A stretch of 64,000 nt of DNA from an uncultured Alphaproteobacteria bacterium (GTDB lineage: Bacteria > Pseudomonadota > Alphaproteobacteria > Sphingomonadales > Sphingomonadaceae), in assembly GCA_963847215.1 (NCBI GenBank), contig CAWJZA010000016.1, forward strand, positions 212,542-276,541, given 5' to 3'. This document shows positions 1-9,615 of this stretch, one piece after another. Within the stretch, counting starts at the first letter, position 1. Every line of letters begins with the position of its first letter. Both the position numbers and the translations under genes were made by a program. The notes beneath the pieces were generated by a model. The model saw nothing but the letters and a program-made list of their open reading frames with translations, ran no database searches and was not told the origin of the DNA.

Positions 1-2
1 GC

Positions 3-152
3 TCGGGCGTCTGGCTGGTTTGCGAGGACGACGACTTTCGCGGGCGCTGCGTGACGATCGACCACTCGATCGCGCGGTTGAGCGAGATCGGCATGGACGA
101 CAGGATCTCGTCGATCCGTCCGCTCCGCCCACGCGAGGGTCCGCGCTACTAG
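3..152 (+). CDS. Beta/gamma-crystallin domain protein, 3' end only (partial)
   Basis: Manual translation SGVWLVCEDDDFRGRCVTIDHSIARLSEIGMDDRISSIRP...*; fits the crystallin Greek-key pattern GxWxxCxxxxFxGxC...DxISSIR. Confidence 0.75.
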   Translation, partial: SGVWLVCEDDDFRGRCVTIDHSIARLSEIGMDDRISSIRPLRPREGPRY

Positions 153-982
153 ACCGTCCGTTTCGAGCGCACGGCAGCGAGCGCCCTCAGCCCGCCGTCG
201 AGCTGGCGGCGAAGCGCCTCGTGGAGCGCCGGCGTCGCGGCAACGAGGCCGTGGACGAGAGGAGCGGGCTGGTTGAAGGCGAGCGGACGGGCGAAGCGGT
301 CGCCGACCTGCCCGCCCGCCTCGGTGACGATCAGCGCCGCGGCGGCGACGTCCCACTCGTGGACCGTCCGCCCCTCGATGAAGCCGTCCGCCTCGCCGGC
401 GGCGACGTGGGCCATGCGCAGGGCGATGCTGTTCGGCTTCTCGACCGCGACTGCGTCCCATGGCTCCGGCCAGAAGGGTGCGGTCAGGGTCGGCGGGTCG
501 ATCGGCAGGCGCACGCCGGCCAACGCCGTCCGTCCCGACACCGCCAGCGGCACCCCGTTCAGCATCGCCCCGTCGCCGAGACCGGCGACGAACAGCTGCC
601 GCCGGGCCGGTGCGGCGAGACAGGCGAGGACCGACACGCCGTCCTCGACCAGCGCCGCCGACACCGCCCAGCCGCTGCGCCCGCGGATGAAGTCGCGGGT
701 GCCGTCGATCGGATCGACCACCCACACCCGGTGGCGGGCGAGGCGGGAAGGGTCATCGACCGTCTCCTCCGACAACCAGCCATAATCCGGCCGCTGCCCG
801 AGCAGCGCCGCCTTCAGTTGGGCGTCGGCGGCGAGGTCGGCGGTGCTGACCGGGTTGCCCGGCGACTTGTCCCAGCGTCGCACCCCGCCGGCGTCGAACA
901 CCTGCAGCGCCACCGCCGCCGCCGCCTCCGTCGCCGCCACCAGCAGGGCGAGATCGGTGGCGCGATCGCTCGCGTCAGGCAC
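149..982 (-). CDS. cysQ: Inositol monophosphatase / 3'(2'),5'-bisphosphate nucleotidase CysQ family
   Basis: Motifs WLSEE, WVVDPIDGTRDF, EWDVAAA; follows pmbA as is usual in alphaproteobacteria. Confidence 0.85.
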   Translation of the reverse strand: MPDASDRATDLALLVAATEAAAAVALQVFDAGGVRRWDKSPGNPVSTADLAADAQLKAALLGQRPDYGWLSEETVDDPSRLARHRVWVVDPIDGTRDFIRGRSGWAVSAALVEDGVSVLACLAAPARRQLFVAGLGDGAMLNGVPLAVSGRTALAGVRLPIDPPTLTAPFWPEPWDAVAVEKPNSIALRMAHVAAGEADGFIEGRTVHEWDVAAAALIVTEAGGQVGDRFARPLAFNQPAPLVHGLVAATPALHEALRRQLDGGLRALAAVRSKRTV

Positions 983-2321
983 CGGCGAGCGTCATCCCGT
1001 CGATGCGGATCGTCGGCACGTTGGTGGCGAAGCGGAAGACGAGGTCGTCGGCGGGAGTCAGGGCGCGGAACATGTCCTTGAGGTTGCCTGCGATCGTCAC
1101 CTCCGACACCGCCGGCCCAAGCTCGCCGTCCTCGATCAGGAAACCGCTGGCGCCGCGGCTGTAGTCGCCGGTCAGGCCGTTGACGCCCATGCCGATCAGC
1201 TCGGTGACGTACAGGCCGCGGCGGATGTTCTTCAGGAGGTCGGTCCGACTGATGCTACCCGCCGCGAGGTGCAGGTTCGACGGTCCCGCGCCCGGCGGCC
1301 CGCCGACGCCACGCGCCGCATGGCCGGTCGGCGTCAGGCCGAGCTGGCGCGCGCTGGCGGCATCGAGCAGCCACGTCGTCAGCACGCCGTCGTCGACGAT
1401 CGCGCGCTCGCGCGTCGGCAGCCCCTCGCCGTCGAAGGGGCGCGAGCGCAGGCCGCGGCGGCGGTGCGGTTCGTCGCGGATGGTGATGCCGGGCGCGAAC
1501 ACTTCTTGGTCGAGGCAGTCGCGCAGGAAGCTCGTGCCGCGGGCGATGGCGTTACCGGTTATCGCCCCGATCAGGTGCCCGAGCAGCGAGCCGCCGACGC
1601 GGGGATCGAAGACGATCGGCAGCGCCTGCGTGTCCAGCTTGGCCGGACGCAGACGGCGCACCGCGCGCTCGCCCGCCTCGCGCCCGACGGCCTCGGCGGG
1701 ATCGAGGTCGGCGGCGTGGCGGACGCTGTGATAGGCATAGTCGCGCTCCATACCGGTGCCCTCGCCGGCGATGACGCTGGCCGAGACGCCGTAGCTCGTG
1801 GCGCGGTAGCCGCCGGCAAAGCCGTCGCTGGTTGCCAGTGCGATCAGGCCGCGGCTGGCGCTGGCTCCGCCGCCTTCGGAGTTGGTGACGCCGGGCACGG
1901 CCCTGGCGGCGTCCTCGGCCGCCAGCGCCAGGTCGCGCAGAGCCTCGCCCGAAGGATCGCCGCTGTCGTCGAGGTCGAGGTCGGGGGCACGCCCGCGCAG
2001 CAGCAGGTCGGCGGGCGCGAGGCCGGCGAACCGGTCTTCGGGCGCCTCGCGGGCCATGGCGACGGCGCGCTCGACGACCGCGGTCAGCGCCGCCGGCGAC
2101 AGGTCCGAGGACGAAACGCTCGCCGAGCGCCGGCCGACGAAGACGCGCAAGCCGACCTCTTCACCCTCCGACCGGCCGATGTCCTCGAGCGCCCCCAGCC
2201 GCACGCTCACCGAAGTCGAGCCGTCGCCGACATAAATGGCGTCGGCGGCATCGGCCCCGGCCGCGCGGGCGGCGGCGAGGGCATCGGTCAGGCGCGACAG
2301 CGCGGCGTCGACAGTCAGCAT
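975..2321 (-). CDS. pmbA: TldD/PmbA family metalloprotease subunit (PmbA/TldE type)
   Basis: Motifs FDGEG, TGHA, GVNGLTGDYSRGASGF, EVTIAGNL; start chosen at ATG 2321 (MLTVDAAL). Confidence 0.9.
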   Translation of the reverse strand: MLTVDAALSRLTDALAAARAAGADAADAIYVGDGSTSVSVRLGALEDIGRSEGEEVGLRVFVGRRSASVSSSDLSPAALTAVVERAVAMAREAPEDRFAGLAPADLLLRGRAPDLDLDDSGDPSGEALRDLALAAEDAARAVPGVTNSEGGGASASRGLIALATSDGFAGGYRATSYGVSASVIAGEGTGMERDYAYHSVRHAADLDPAEAVGREAGERAVRRLRPAKLDTQALPIVFDPRVGGSLLGHLIGAITGNAIARGTSFLRDCLDQEVFAPGITIRDEPHRRRGLRSRPFDGEGLPTRERAIVDDGVLTTWLLDAASARQLGLTPTGHAARGVGGPPGAGPSNLHLAAGSISRTDLLKNIRRGLYVTELIGMGVNGLTGDYSRGASGFLIEDGELGPAVSEVTIAGNLKDMFRALTPADDLVFRFATNVPTIRIDGMTLAGA

Positions 2322-2353
2322 GGCCGCGGACTTAGGCGGCGAGCAGGGCGCAC

Positions 2354-2378
2354 GCAACCGTTACGGCAGCGCCGCGTT
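2354..2378 (+). promoter_or_regulatory. Putative EcfG/SigT general-stress promoter (GCAAC-N16-CGTT) for the DUF3309 gene
   Basis: GCAAC 2354-2358 and CGTT 2375-2378; one mismatch to GGAAC-N16/17-CGTT; 31 nt upstream of ATG 2410. Confidence 0.55.
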
Positions 2379-2409
2379 CACCGGATACATTAATCAGGGA
2401 ACCTCTGTC

Positions 2410-2568
2410 ATGACCCTCGGCACCATCCTGCTCATCGTCCTCATCCTGCTCCTGATTGGCGCCCTGCCGAGCTGGGGCTATTCCAGCGGCTGGGGCTACG
2501 GCCCGTCGGGTGGACTTGGCATCATCGTCGTTATCGTCGTCATCCTGGTCCTGATGGGTCGGATCTGA
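2410..2568 (+). CDS. DUF3309 family small membrane protein
   Basis: MTLGTILLIVLILLLIGALPSWGYSSGWGYGPSGGLG..., the characteristic DUF3309 sequence. Confidence 0.9.
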   Translation: MTLGTILLIVLILLLIGALPSWGYSSGWGYGPSGGLGIIVVIVVILVLMGRI

Positions 2569-2579
2569 CGCGGCAAAAC

Positions 2580-2596
2580 TGTCGGTAACCTTTACA
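2580..2596 (+). promoter_or_regulatory. Putative sigma54 activator binding site TGT-N11-ACA (PEP-CTERM box-like)
   Basis: TGTCGGTAACCTTTACA, about 65 nt upstream of a -24/-12 element and a PEP-CTERM gene. Confidence 0.55.
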
Positions 2597-2660
2597 GTCT
2601 GCCCCTCGGGGACCGATCTGCGGCGCGCTATGGCGTTGATGGTTAACGGTCCACGTACGC

Positions 2661-2676
2661 TGGCATGCGTCTTGCT
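2661..2676 (+). promoter_or_regulatory. sigma54 (RpoN) -24/-12 promoter
   Basis: TGGCAT-GCGTC-TTGCT against consensus TGGCAC-N5-TTGCW. Confidence 0.75.
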
Positions 2677-2713
2677 GGCCTCGGGCGGCGGGGGGACTGG
2701 TAAGGAGGTTACG

Positions 2714-3346
2714 ATGACGCTCAAGACTATCCTCGGCGTTGCTGCCGCACTGGCGTTGCCGGCGGCGGCAAATGCCTCGATCACGGTCAGCATCTACACC
2801 GACCAGCCGGCTGCTGCGGCTGATGCCACCATCGCGCAGGCCGCCGGCCTGACGGCGAACGCCACTGTCAGTGTCGGCGCGATCAACTTCACCGACGCGC
2901 CGGGCAACGACAGCACCAACTTCACCGTTGGCGCCTTCCTCAATAACCCGGCCGGGCTCGACCCGACGGTCGCCAGCCACATCCTCAACAACACCTATTT
3001 CCTGTTCACTGGCACCACCTTCCTGAATGCGGGCGCGAACAGCTTCGTCATCCCGCACGACGACGGTCTCCAGCTCGACATCGCCGGGATCGGCCGCGTT
3101 GTCGACCAGCCGGGGCCGACGGCGCCGGTCAGCACGCCGTTCACCGTCAACGCGCCGTCGGCGGGGAGCTATGCCTTCACCCTCGCTTACGGTGAGACTG
3201 CAGGCGGGCCGGCCGTGCTCGGTTTCACGGTCAACGATACCCCCGTCGGCGGAACGCCGGAGCCGGCGACCTGGGCGATGATGCTCGGCGGCTTCGGCCT
3301 CGTCGGCTACTCGCTGCGCCGTCGCGTCAAGACGGTCGCCGCCTAA
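2714..3346 (+). CDS. PEPxxWA-CTERM sorting domain surface protein (PA14-like core)
   Basis: AAGGAGG RBS, signal peptide, HDDG motif, C-terminal TPEPATWAMMLGGFGLVGYSLRRR. Confidence 0.9.
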   Translation: MTLKTILGVAAALALPAAANASITVSIYTDQPAAAADATIAQAAGLTANATVSVGAINFTDAPGNDSTNFTVGAFLNNPAGLDPTVASHILNNTYFLFTGTTFLNAGANSFVIPHDDGLQLDIAGIGRVVDQPGPTAPVSTPFTVNAPSAGSYAFTLAYGETAGGPAVLGFTVNDTPVGGTPEPATWAMMLGGFGLVGYSLRRRVKTVAA

Positions 3347-3355
3347 GCCCTTGCG

Positions 3356-3384
3356 GGTCGGGTGCCGGACGCCGGCACCCGACC
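3356..3384. terminator. GC-rich hairpin between convergent genes (likely bidirectional terminator)
   Basis: GGTCGGGTGCCGG-ACG-CCGGCACCCGACC, perfect 13-bp stem; no U tract. Confidence 0.55.
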
Positions 3385-4595
3385 TACCGCGCCACCGCCC
3401 GACGGAACAGGACCAGCGTTCCTGCCGCCATCATCGCGGCCAGTACGAACGCCGCGCCGGGCACCTGAACTGGCGCCGCCGGACTGGAGAAGAAGGCGAA
3501 GGCCTGCGTCATCGCCGGTGGTCCGACTATCGCCGCCAGGCTGACCAGGCTCGACACCGCGCCCTGCAATTCGCCCTGGGCGTCGCGACCGACTTCGGCG
3601 CTCATCAGCGACTGCAGCGCGGGATAGACGATGCCGCCAAGCGTGCCGAGCGCGATGCCGAGGTACATGACCCATCCGACTCCGGCAGCGGCATAGACGA
3701 GATAGGCGGCGATGGCGCTGACAACGCCCCAGCCGACCAGCTGGCGCTCGCCAAAGCGTGGCACGAGCACCCGGGTCAGCCCCGCCTGGGCGACGATGGC
3801 CGAAACGCCGACCGCGGCCAGCGACCAGCCGACGGCGCGCACGCTCCAGCCGAAGCGGGCGATGGTGTAATAATTCCATGTCGCCTGCAGCGACATTTGC
3901 GCAAAGCTCCACAGGAAGGTCGCCGTTGCCAGCAGCAGCACCGCCGGGCGCAGGTGCCGCAGACGGACGAGCGAGCCCCAGACATTCGCCCGGCGCCAAT
4001 CGAACGGCCGCCGGTCGACTTCCGCCAGGCTTTCGGGGACAGCGAACCAGCCGTAGCAGACGTTGACCAGCGCCAGGCCGGCGGCGACGAAGAAGGGCGC
4101 GCGTGTGCCCCATCCCGCCAGCAGCCCGCCGATCGCCGGGCCGACGATGAAGCCGATGCCGAAGGCGAAGCCGAGCAGCCCGAAATCCTGCGTCCGGCGC
4201 TCGGGCGGGGTGATGTCGGCGATATAGGCATAGGCGCTGTTGAACGACGCGCCGGCGATGCCGGCAATGATCCGTCCGGCGAACAGCCAGGCAAGAGTTG
4301 GCGCGAACCCCATCAGCAGATAGTCGAGCCCGAAGGCGGCGAGGCTGGCCAGCAGGATCGGCCGCCGTCCGAAGCGATCCGACAAGCCGCCGAGCACCGG
4401 CCCGAAGATGAACTGCATGCCCGAATAAGCGAACATCAGATAGCCGCCGAGCCGCGCCGCGTCGCCGATGCCAACGTGCGCCAGCGTCATGATCAGCTTC
4501 GGCAGCACCGGGATGACGATGCCGAAACCGATGACGTCGATCAGCACCGTCAGGAAGATGAAGGCGAGCGCGCGGCGATGGGACTGGGCAGGCAT
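3384..4595 (-). CDS. TCR/Tet-family MFS transporter
   Basis: About 12 hydrophobic segments, motif A GGLSDRFGRRPILL, antiporter motif GFIVGPAIGG. Confidence 0.9.
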   Translation of the reverse strand: MPAQSHRRALAFIFLTVLIDVIGFGIVIPVLPKLIMTLAHVGIGDAARLGGYLMFAYSGMQFIFGPVLGGLSDRFGRRPILLASLAAFGLDYLLMGFAPTLAWLFAGRIIAGIAGASFNSAYAYIADITPPERRTQDFGLLGFAFGIGFIVGPAIGGLLAGWGTRAPFFVAAGLALVNVCYGWFAVPESLAEVDRRPFDWRRANVWGSLVRLRHLRPAVLLLATATFLWSFAQMSLQATWNYYTIARFGWSVRAVGWSLAAVGVSAIVAQAGLTRVLVPRFGERQLVGWGVVSAIAAYLVYAAAGVGWVMYLGIALGTLGGIVYPALQSLMSAEVGRDAQGELQGAVSSLVSLAAIVGPPAMTQAFAFFSSPAAPVQVPGAAFVLAAMMAAGTLVLFRRAVAR

Positions 4596-4651
4596 CGCGC
4601 GGCTCTAGTCGATCACGGCCGCGCCGGCCAATGGCGACGCGGCCGTGTCGT

Positions 4652-5539
4652 TCAGGCTGTCCGCTGCGCCCGGTCGGCGGCGTTGGTCGCCGCGATGGCG
4701 TCGCGGATGCTCGTCCAGTCGCTGCCGTCAAGTGCGGTGAGGTGGGCGAAATTGCCGCCCGAGACGAGCCACTGGCCGCCGTCGATGGGGATGACCGCGC
4801 CCGTTATGTAGTCGCACCGGCCCGACATCAGGAAGACGGCGAGGTTGTCGAGCTCGCTCAACTCCCCCCAGCGGCCGAGCGGGATCGACTCCGCCCCCTT
4901 GCTCCCGACCTTGGCGGCGAGCGGCGCGGGCATCAGGCGGTCGCTCATGCCCTTTGACGGAAACGGTCCGGGGGCAATGGCGTTGGCGCGGATACCGTGT
5001 CGGCCCCATTCGACGGCCAGGCTCTGCGTCATCGCCGCGACGCCTGCCTTGGACATGGCCGAAGGCACGGTGAACGGCCCGCCGTTCCACACCCAGGTGG
5101 CGACGATCGACAGGATCGAGCCACGCTGCCCGCCGGCGATCCAGCGCCTGCCCGCCGCGACGGTGGTGTTGAAGGTGCCGGCGGCGACGATGCCGGCGAC
5201 CGCATCGAAGGCGCGCGGCGACAGCGTCTCGGTCGGCGCGACGAAGTTGCCGGCGGCGTTGTTGACCAGCCCCGTCAGCGCGCCGGCGGCGAAGACCTCG
5301 TCCATCGCCGCGTCGATCGCGCCGCCGCTGCGGATGTCGACCGCCATCGGCGTGCACACGCCGCCCGTCGCCTCGCGCAGTTCGGCCGCCGTTTCATCGA
5401 GCACACCGCCGCGCCTGCCCCAGATGACCGTCTCCGCCCCCAGCGCCATAAAGGCGCGCGTCATCGATTTGCCGAGCCCCGTGCCGCCGCCGGTAACGAG
5501 GATCTTCTGCCCGGCCAGCAGGTCGTTTGCGAACATCAT
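4652..5539 (-). CDS. SDR oxidoreductase (2,4-dienoyl-CoA reductase-like)
   Basis: TGGGTGLG, NNAAGNF, SAMSKAGV, NAIAPGP, IDGG. Confidence 0.85.
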   Translation of the reverse strand: MMFANDLLAGQKILVTGGGTGLGKSMTRAFMALGAETVIWGRRGGVLDETAAELREATGGVCTPMAVDIRSGGAIDAAMDEVFAAGALTGLVNNAAGNFVAPTETLSPRAFDAVAGIVAAGTFNTTVAAGRRWIAGGQRGSILSIVATWVWNGGPFTVPSAMSKAGVAAMTQSLAVEWGRHGIRANAIAPGPFPSKGMSDRLMPAPLAAKVGSKGAESIPLGRWGELSELDNLAVFLMSGRCDYITGAVIPIDGGQWLVSGGNFAHLTALDGSDWTSIRDAIAATNAADRAQRTA

Positions 5540-5578
5540 GCTCTCCCCAGCGTATCGGCCGCCATGCTAGGCAGGCCC

Positions 5579-5803
5579 ATGACCGGCGACCAGCCCCCCA
5601 TCACGCCGCTGCCCGTGGTCGTCGACGCCCGCGGCTGGCGCTGCCCGTGGCCGGTGGTGCGCCTCGCCCGCGCCTTGCGCGACGGCGCGGGCGTGGTCGA
5701 CCTGCTCGCCGACGATCCGGTCGCCGAAGGCGAGGTCGCCGCCTTCGCCCGCCTGCGCAACCTGGCGGTTGCGCCGATCTCCGGCGGCTGGCGCGTCGGG
5801 TGA
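5579..5803 (+). CDS. TusA family sulfur carrier protein
   Basis: VDARGWRCPWPVVRLARAL...LLADDP, with the TusA CPxP and DDP motifs. Confidence 0.8.
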   Translation: MTGDQPPITPLPVVVDARGWRCPWPVVRLARALRDGAGVVDLLADDPVAEGEVAAFARLRNLAVAPISGGWRVG

Positions 5804-6573
5804 AGATCGCCACCTGGAACGTCAATGGCGTCAACGGCCGGCTGGCGAATCTGCTCGCCTGGCTGGCCGACGCCCGGCCCGACGTCGCCTGCCTGCAGGA
5901 GCTGAAATGCCCCGACGAGCGCTTTCCCGCGGCTGCGCTGGAGAAGGCCGGCTACGGCGCGGTGTGGCACGGCCAGAGCCGCTGGAACGGCGTCGCCATC
6001 CTCGCTCGCGACGCCGAGCCGGTGCTGACGCGCCGCGGCTTCCCCGGTGACCCGACGCCGGAGGCCAGCCGCTACATCGAGGCCGCCGTCGCCGGCGTTA
6101 TCGTCGGCTGCCTCTATGCGCCGAACGGCAACCCCTGGCCGGGGCCGCGCTTCGACGCCAAGCTGGCCTGGCTCGCCGCGTTCGACGCCTACGCCGCCGA
6201 CCTGCTGGGGCACGACGTGCCAGTGGTGCTGGCCGGCGACTACAACGTCGTGCCGGCGGCGCTCGACCTCTACCGTCCCGGTGCCCTCGCCGACAATGCC
6301 CTGGTCCAGCCGGAGGCGCGCGCGGCCTTCGCCGGGCTGGTCGCGCAGGGCTGGACCGACGCGCTGCGCCACCTCCACCCCGACGAGCCGATGTTCACCT
6401 TCTGGGACTATTTCCGCGATGCCTTCGCTCACGATCGGGGCCTGCGGATCGACCACCTGCTGCTCAGCCCGGCGGTCGCGGCGCGACTGGCAGCGGCCGG
6501 TGTCGACCGCGATGCCCGGGCGCAACCCGGCAGCAGCGATCATGCGCCGGCATGGATCGTGATAAAGCCGTGA
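5800..6573 (+). CDS. xth: Exodeoxyribonuclease III
   Basis: GTG start, KIATWNVNG, CLQELK, GDYNV, LRIDHLL, SDHAP. Confidence 0.92.
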   Translation: MKIATWNVNGVNGRLANLLAWLADARPDVACLQELKCPDERFPAAALEKAGYGAVWHGQSRWNGVAILARDAEPVLTRRGFPGDPTPEASRYIEAAVAGVIVGCLYAPNGNPWPGPRFDAKLAWLAAFDAYAADLLGHDVPVVLAGDYNVVPAALDLYRPGALADNALVQPEARAAFAGLVAQGWTDALRHLHPDEPMFTFWDYFRDAFAHDRGLRIDHLLLSPAVAARLAAAGVDRDARAQPGSSDHAPAWIVIKP

Positions 6574-6607
6574 CGCTGGCGTGTCGCCGCGGCTAGGGTG
6601 CGCGGCC

Positions 6608-7273
6608 ATGTGGCAGCTCCATCACTTCACCCTGTGTCCGTTCAGCCGCAAGATACGCCTGCAGTGCGCCGAGAAGGGGATCACGCTCGAACTGATCACC
6701 GAGCGGCCGTGGGAGCGGCGCGACGGCTTCATGGAACTGAACCCGGCGGGCCAGACGCCGGTGCTGCGCGACGGCGCGGTCGTGCTGGCCGACTCGGGCG
6801 CTATCGCCGAATATCTCGAGGAGACGGTCGAGCGGACGCCGCTGCTCGGCTCGGGCGCGGCCGAACGCGCCGAAACCCGCCGCGTGATCGCCTGGTTCGA
6901 GGGCAAGTTCTACGCCGAGGTGGGCGTGCCGCTACTCGCCGAGCGGATGTTCCGCCGGTTGGTCGAGCGCACCGCGCCCGACGCCCGTACCGTGCGCGCC
7001 GCGGCGCGGGCGGCCGAGGCGCACATGGACTATCTCGACTTCCTGCTCGACCGGAAACGCTGGCTGTCGGGGCCGGTGTTCGGGCTGGCCGACATCGCCG
7101 CGGCGGCGCAAGTGTCGGTCGCCGACTATCTCGGCGGCATCGACTGGGACGGGCACGAGCCGGCCCGGCAATGGTACTCGGCCCTGAAGTCGCGTCCGAC
7201 CTTCCGCCCTTTGCTCGGCGAACGTCTCGAGGGCCTGCCGCCGCCGGCACATTATGACAAGCTGGACTTCTGA
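6608..7273 (+). CDS. fzlA: GST-family FtsZ-binding protein FzlA
   Basis: [30 protein letters not shown]-terminal HYDKLDF; adjacent to queG. Confidence 0.8.
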   Translation: MWQLHHFTLCPFSRKIRLQCAEKGITLELITERPWERRDGFMELNPAGQTPVLRDGAVVLADSGAIAEYLEETVERTPLLGSGAAERAETRRVIAWFEGKFYAEVGVPLLAERMFRRLVERTAPDARTVRAAARAAEAHMDYLDFLLDRKRWLSGPVFGLADIAAAAQVSVADYLGGIDWDGHEPARQWYSALKSRPTFRPLLGERLEGLPPPAHYDKLDF

Positions 7274-8339
7274 GCCTCCCGGAGACGGGAAAGATCTGGA
7301 GACCCGCCTCGACGCCGCCGCCAAGGCGCACGGCTTCGCCGCGCTCGGCATCGCCGCCGCCGACGCCGCGCCGCTGGCGGGGCAGCGCCTGCGCGACTGG
7401 CTCGCGGCCGGCTGCCACGGCGACATGCTGTGGATGGCGGACACGGTCGACCGCCGCGCGTCGCCGGCCGGGCTGTGGCCCGATGTGCGAAGCGTCGTCA
7501 TGCTTGGCGTCGATTATACCCCGGCGGTCGATCCGCTGCGCCTGGCCGGGCAGGGCGACCGCGGCGCGATCAGCGTCTATGCGCTGGGCGGCGACTACCA
7601 CGACATCGTCAAGCGGCGGCTGAAGGCGCTCGGCCGCTGGCTGGTCGCGGCCGCGCCGGCCGACATCAAGGTCTTCGTCGACACCGCGCCGGTCATGGAG
7701 AAGCCGCTCGCCGAAGCAGCCGGGCTCGGCTGGCAGGGCAAGCACACCAACCTCGTCAGCCGCACGCACGGCAGCTGGCTGTTTCTCGGCGCGATCTATA
7801 CGACGCTGGCGCTCGCTCCGACGGCGGCGCGGGCTGGCAGCTGCGGCAGCTGTGACGCCTGCCAGCGCGCCTGCCCGACCGACGCCTTTCCGGCCCCGTA
7901 CCGGCTCGATGCGCGGCGCTGCCTCTCGTACCTGACGATCGAGCACCGCGGCCCGATCCCGGTCGAGTTCCGCGCCGCGCTCGGCAACCGCATCTACGGC
8001 TGCGACGACTGTCTGGCAGTCTGTCCATGGAACAAGTTCGCGCGCGCCGCGCACGACCTCGCCTTCACCCCCCGTGCCGAGCTCGTCACGCCGCGCCTCG
8101 CCGACCTGCTCGCGCTCGACGACGCCGGCTTCCGCGCGGTCTTCGCCGGCTCGCCAGTCAAGCGCATCGGCCGCGACCGGCTGGTGCGGAACGCCGCAAT
8201 CGCTGCCGGCAACAGCGGCGATCCGGGCTTGCGCGCCGCACTCGTGCCGTTGCTCAACGACGCGTCGCCCGTCGTCCGCGACGCCGCGGAATGGGCGTGC
8301 GCGCGGCTGGGCGGGTCCGTTACCGCCGCCGCTGGCTGA
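7254..8339 (+). CDS. queG: tRNA epoxyqueuosine(34) reductase
   Basis: [51 protein letters not shown]. Confidence 0.95.
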   Translation: MTSWTSEPPGDGKDLETRLDAAAKAHGFAALGIAAADAAPLAGQRLRDWLAAGCHGDMLWMADTVDRRASPAGLWPDVRSVVMLGVDYTPAVDPLRLAGQGDRGAISVYALGGDYHDIVKRRLKALGRWLVAAAPADIKVFVDTAPVMEKPLAEAAGLGWQGKHTNLVSRTHGSWLFLGAIYTTLALAPTAARAGSCGSCDACQRACPTDAFPAPYRLDARRCLSYLTIEHRGPIPVEFRAALGNRIYGCDDCLAVCPWNKFARAAHDLAFTPRAELVTPRLADLLALDDAGFRAVFAGSPVKRIGRDRLVRNAAIAAGNSGDPGLRAALVPLLNDASPVVRDAAEWACARLGGSVTAAAG

Positions 8340-9075
8340 ACAGCCAGACCGGCAGGTCGGGATCGGCGAACCCTGCCTCCCACGACACGTGCCCGACGCC
8401 GGCCAGCTCGTGGTAGCGGACGTCGCTGCCCGCCGCCTTAAGCGCCGCCGCCATCTGGCGCGACTCGGTCACCGGCACGACCGGGTCGGCATCGCCGTGG
8501 ATCAGCCAGACGGGCAGTGGCGCAATGCGCCGCGCGAGGGCCCCGTAGGGGTCGGCGACGCCGGTGACCACGCCCGGATAGTCGTGGAAGGGCCCGGCAA
8601 AGCCGCAGGCGACAACGATCGCGGAGAAGCGCCGAGGGTCGTCGTTGGCCATGATCCAGGCGCCGTTGCCGCCCATCGACAGGCCGACAGCGTAGAGGCG
8701 CTGCGGATCGGTGCTGAACTCGCGCGCCGCCTTGGCCAGTGCCGCCAGCGCGAGACGGCGCTCATCGGCCCAGTTCCGTTCGGCCGGCACCTGGGGGAAG
8801 ACGACGACGGCCGGCCAGCGGTCGGCGTGCAGCCGGATCTCGCGGCCCAACCCGACCTCGCTCTGCGCCAGCCCGTCGCTGCCGCGCTCGCCCGCGCCGT
8901 GCAGCGCCAGGATCAGCGGCGGGTGCGGCGATGCGTCGGCGGGCACATAGATTACGTAGCGGCGGGGCTGCCCGTCGACCATTATCGTTCGGTTGAGGAA
9001 CCCCGTCTCGCGCGCCGCCGCCGGCCCCGCGACGAGCGCCAGCAGCGTAATCACCGCCGCCAGCCACAGTCTCAT
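8320..9075 (-). CDS. Secreted alpha/beta hydrolase (esterase/peptidase)
   Basis: Signal peptide, [14 protein letters not shown] nucleophile elbow, [11 protein letters not shown]. Confidence 0.8.
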   Translation of the reverse strand: MRLWLAAVITLLALVAGPAAARETGFLNRTIMVDGQPRRYVIYVPADASPHPPLILALHGAGERGSDGLAQSEVGLGREIRLHADRWPAVVVFPQVPAERNWADERRLALAALAKAAREFSTDPQRLYAVGLSMGGNGAWIMANDDPRRFSAIVVACGFAGPFHDYPGVVTGVADPYGALARRIAPLPVWLIHGDADPVVPVTESRQMAAALKAAGSDVRYHELAGVGHVSWEAGFADPDLPVWLFSQRRR

Positions 9076-9139
9076 GCCATCCCTCCCGATCATTGTCCCG
9101 TCTTAGGCGCGGGCGCCCCGCCGTGCTATAGTCGGCGGC

Positions 9140-9562
9140 ATGTCCGGGACGATCGCGTTCACCCTGCTGACCACGCTCGCGGTGGCCTGCGCAGCGTGGC
9201 TGACGGTCAAGAAACTCTGGGCCCGCGCCGACCGCCCGCCGCCGCCGGTCGCCGACGGCGTCGCGATCCCCGTCCGTGGCCTCGAGCTCGGGCACAACAC
9301 GCGCAACAGCCTGTCGCCCCGGCTGGCGATCACCGCCGAGGGGTTGCGCTTCAAGGTCATCTTCGAGCAGTTCTGGCGCTTCGACAACATCCGCCGCGTC
9401 GACGTCGCCCGCACGCTGATGGGCTCGGACGTGCTGGTCACCGCGTCAAAGACGCTGCGCATCACGGTCGCCGACCGCGCCGCGGCGCAGCGCTTCCTCG
9501 TGGCGCTGCCGCGCTCGCTGCCCCTGACCGCCAAGGCCGTCGCCCTTCGCGACGGCGAATGA
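9140..9562 (+). CDS. Hypothetical protein with N-terminal membrane anchor
   Basis: Clean ORF with typical codon usage filling the gap between genes; hydrophobic N-terminus. Confidence 0.6.
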   Translation: MSGTIAFTLLTTLAVACAAWLTVKKLWARADRPPPPVADGVAIPVRGLELGHNTRNSLSPRLAITAEGLRFKVIFEQFWRFDNIRRVDVARTLMGSDVLVTASKTLRITVADRAAAQRFLVALPRSLPLTAKAVALRDGE

Positions 9563-9615
9563 CGGGGCAGCCCCGCCTCATCCGGTGATGCTGTGGCGGC
9601 GATCGGTGCCTGCCG

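Noticed and set aside
975-2568. RiPP cluster (PmbA plus small peptide)
   Set aside because: No TldD partner, YcaO or radical SAM enzyme nearby; pmbA-cysQ is a housekeeping arrangement and the small ORF is DUF3309
3384-4595. Acquired tetracycline resistance gene tetA
   Set aside because: No tetR or mobile element nearby and host-like composition; a generic TCR-family MFS transporter
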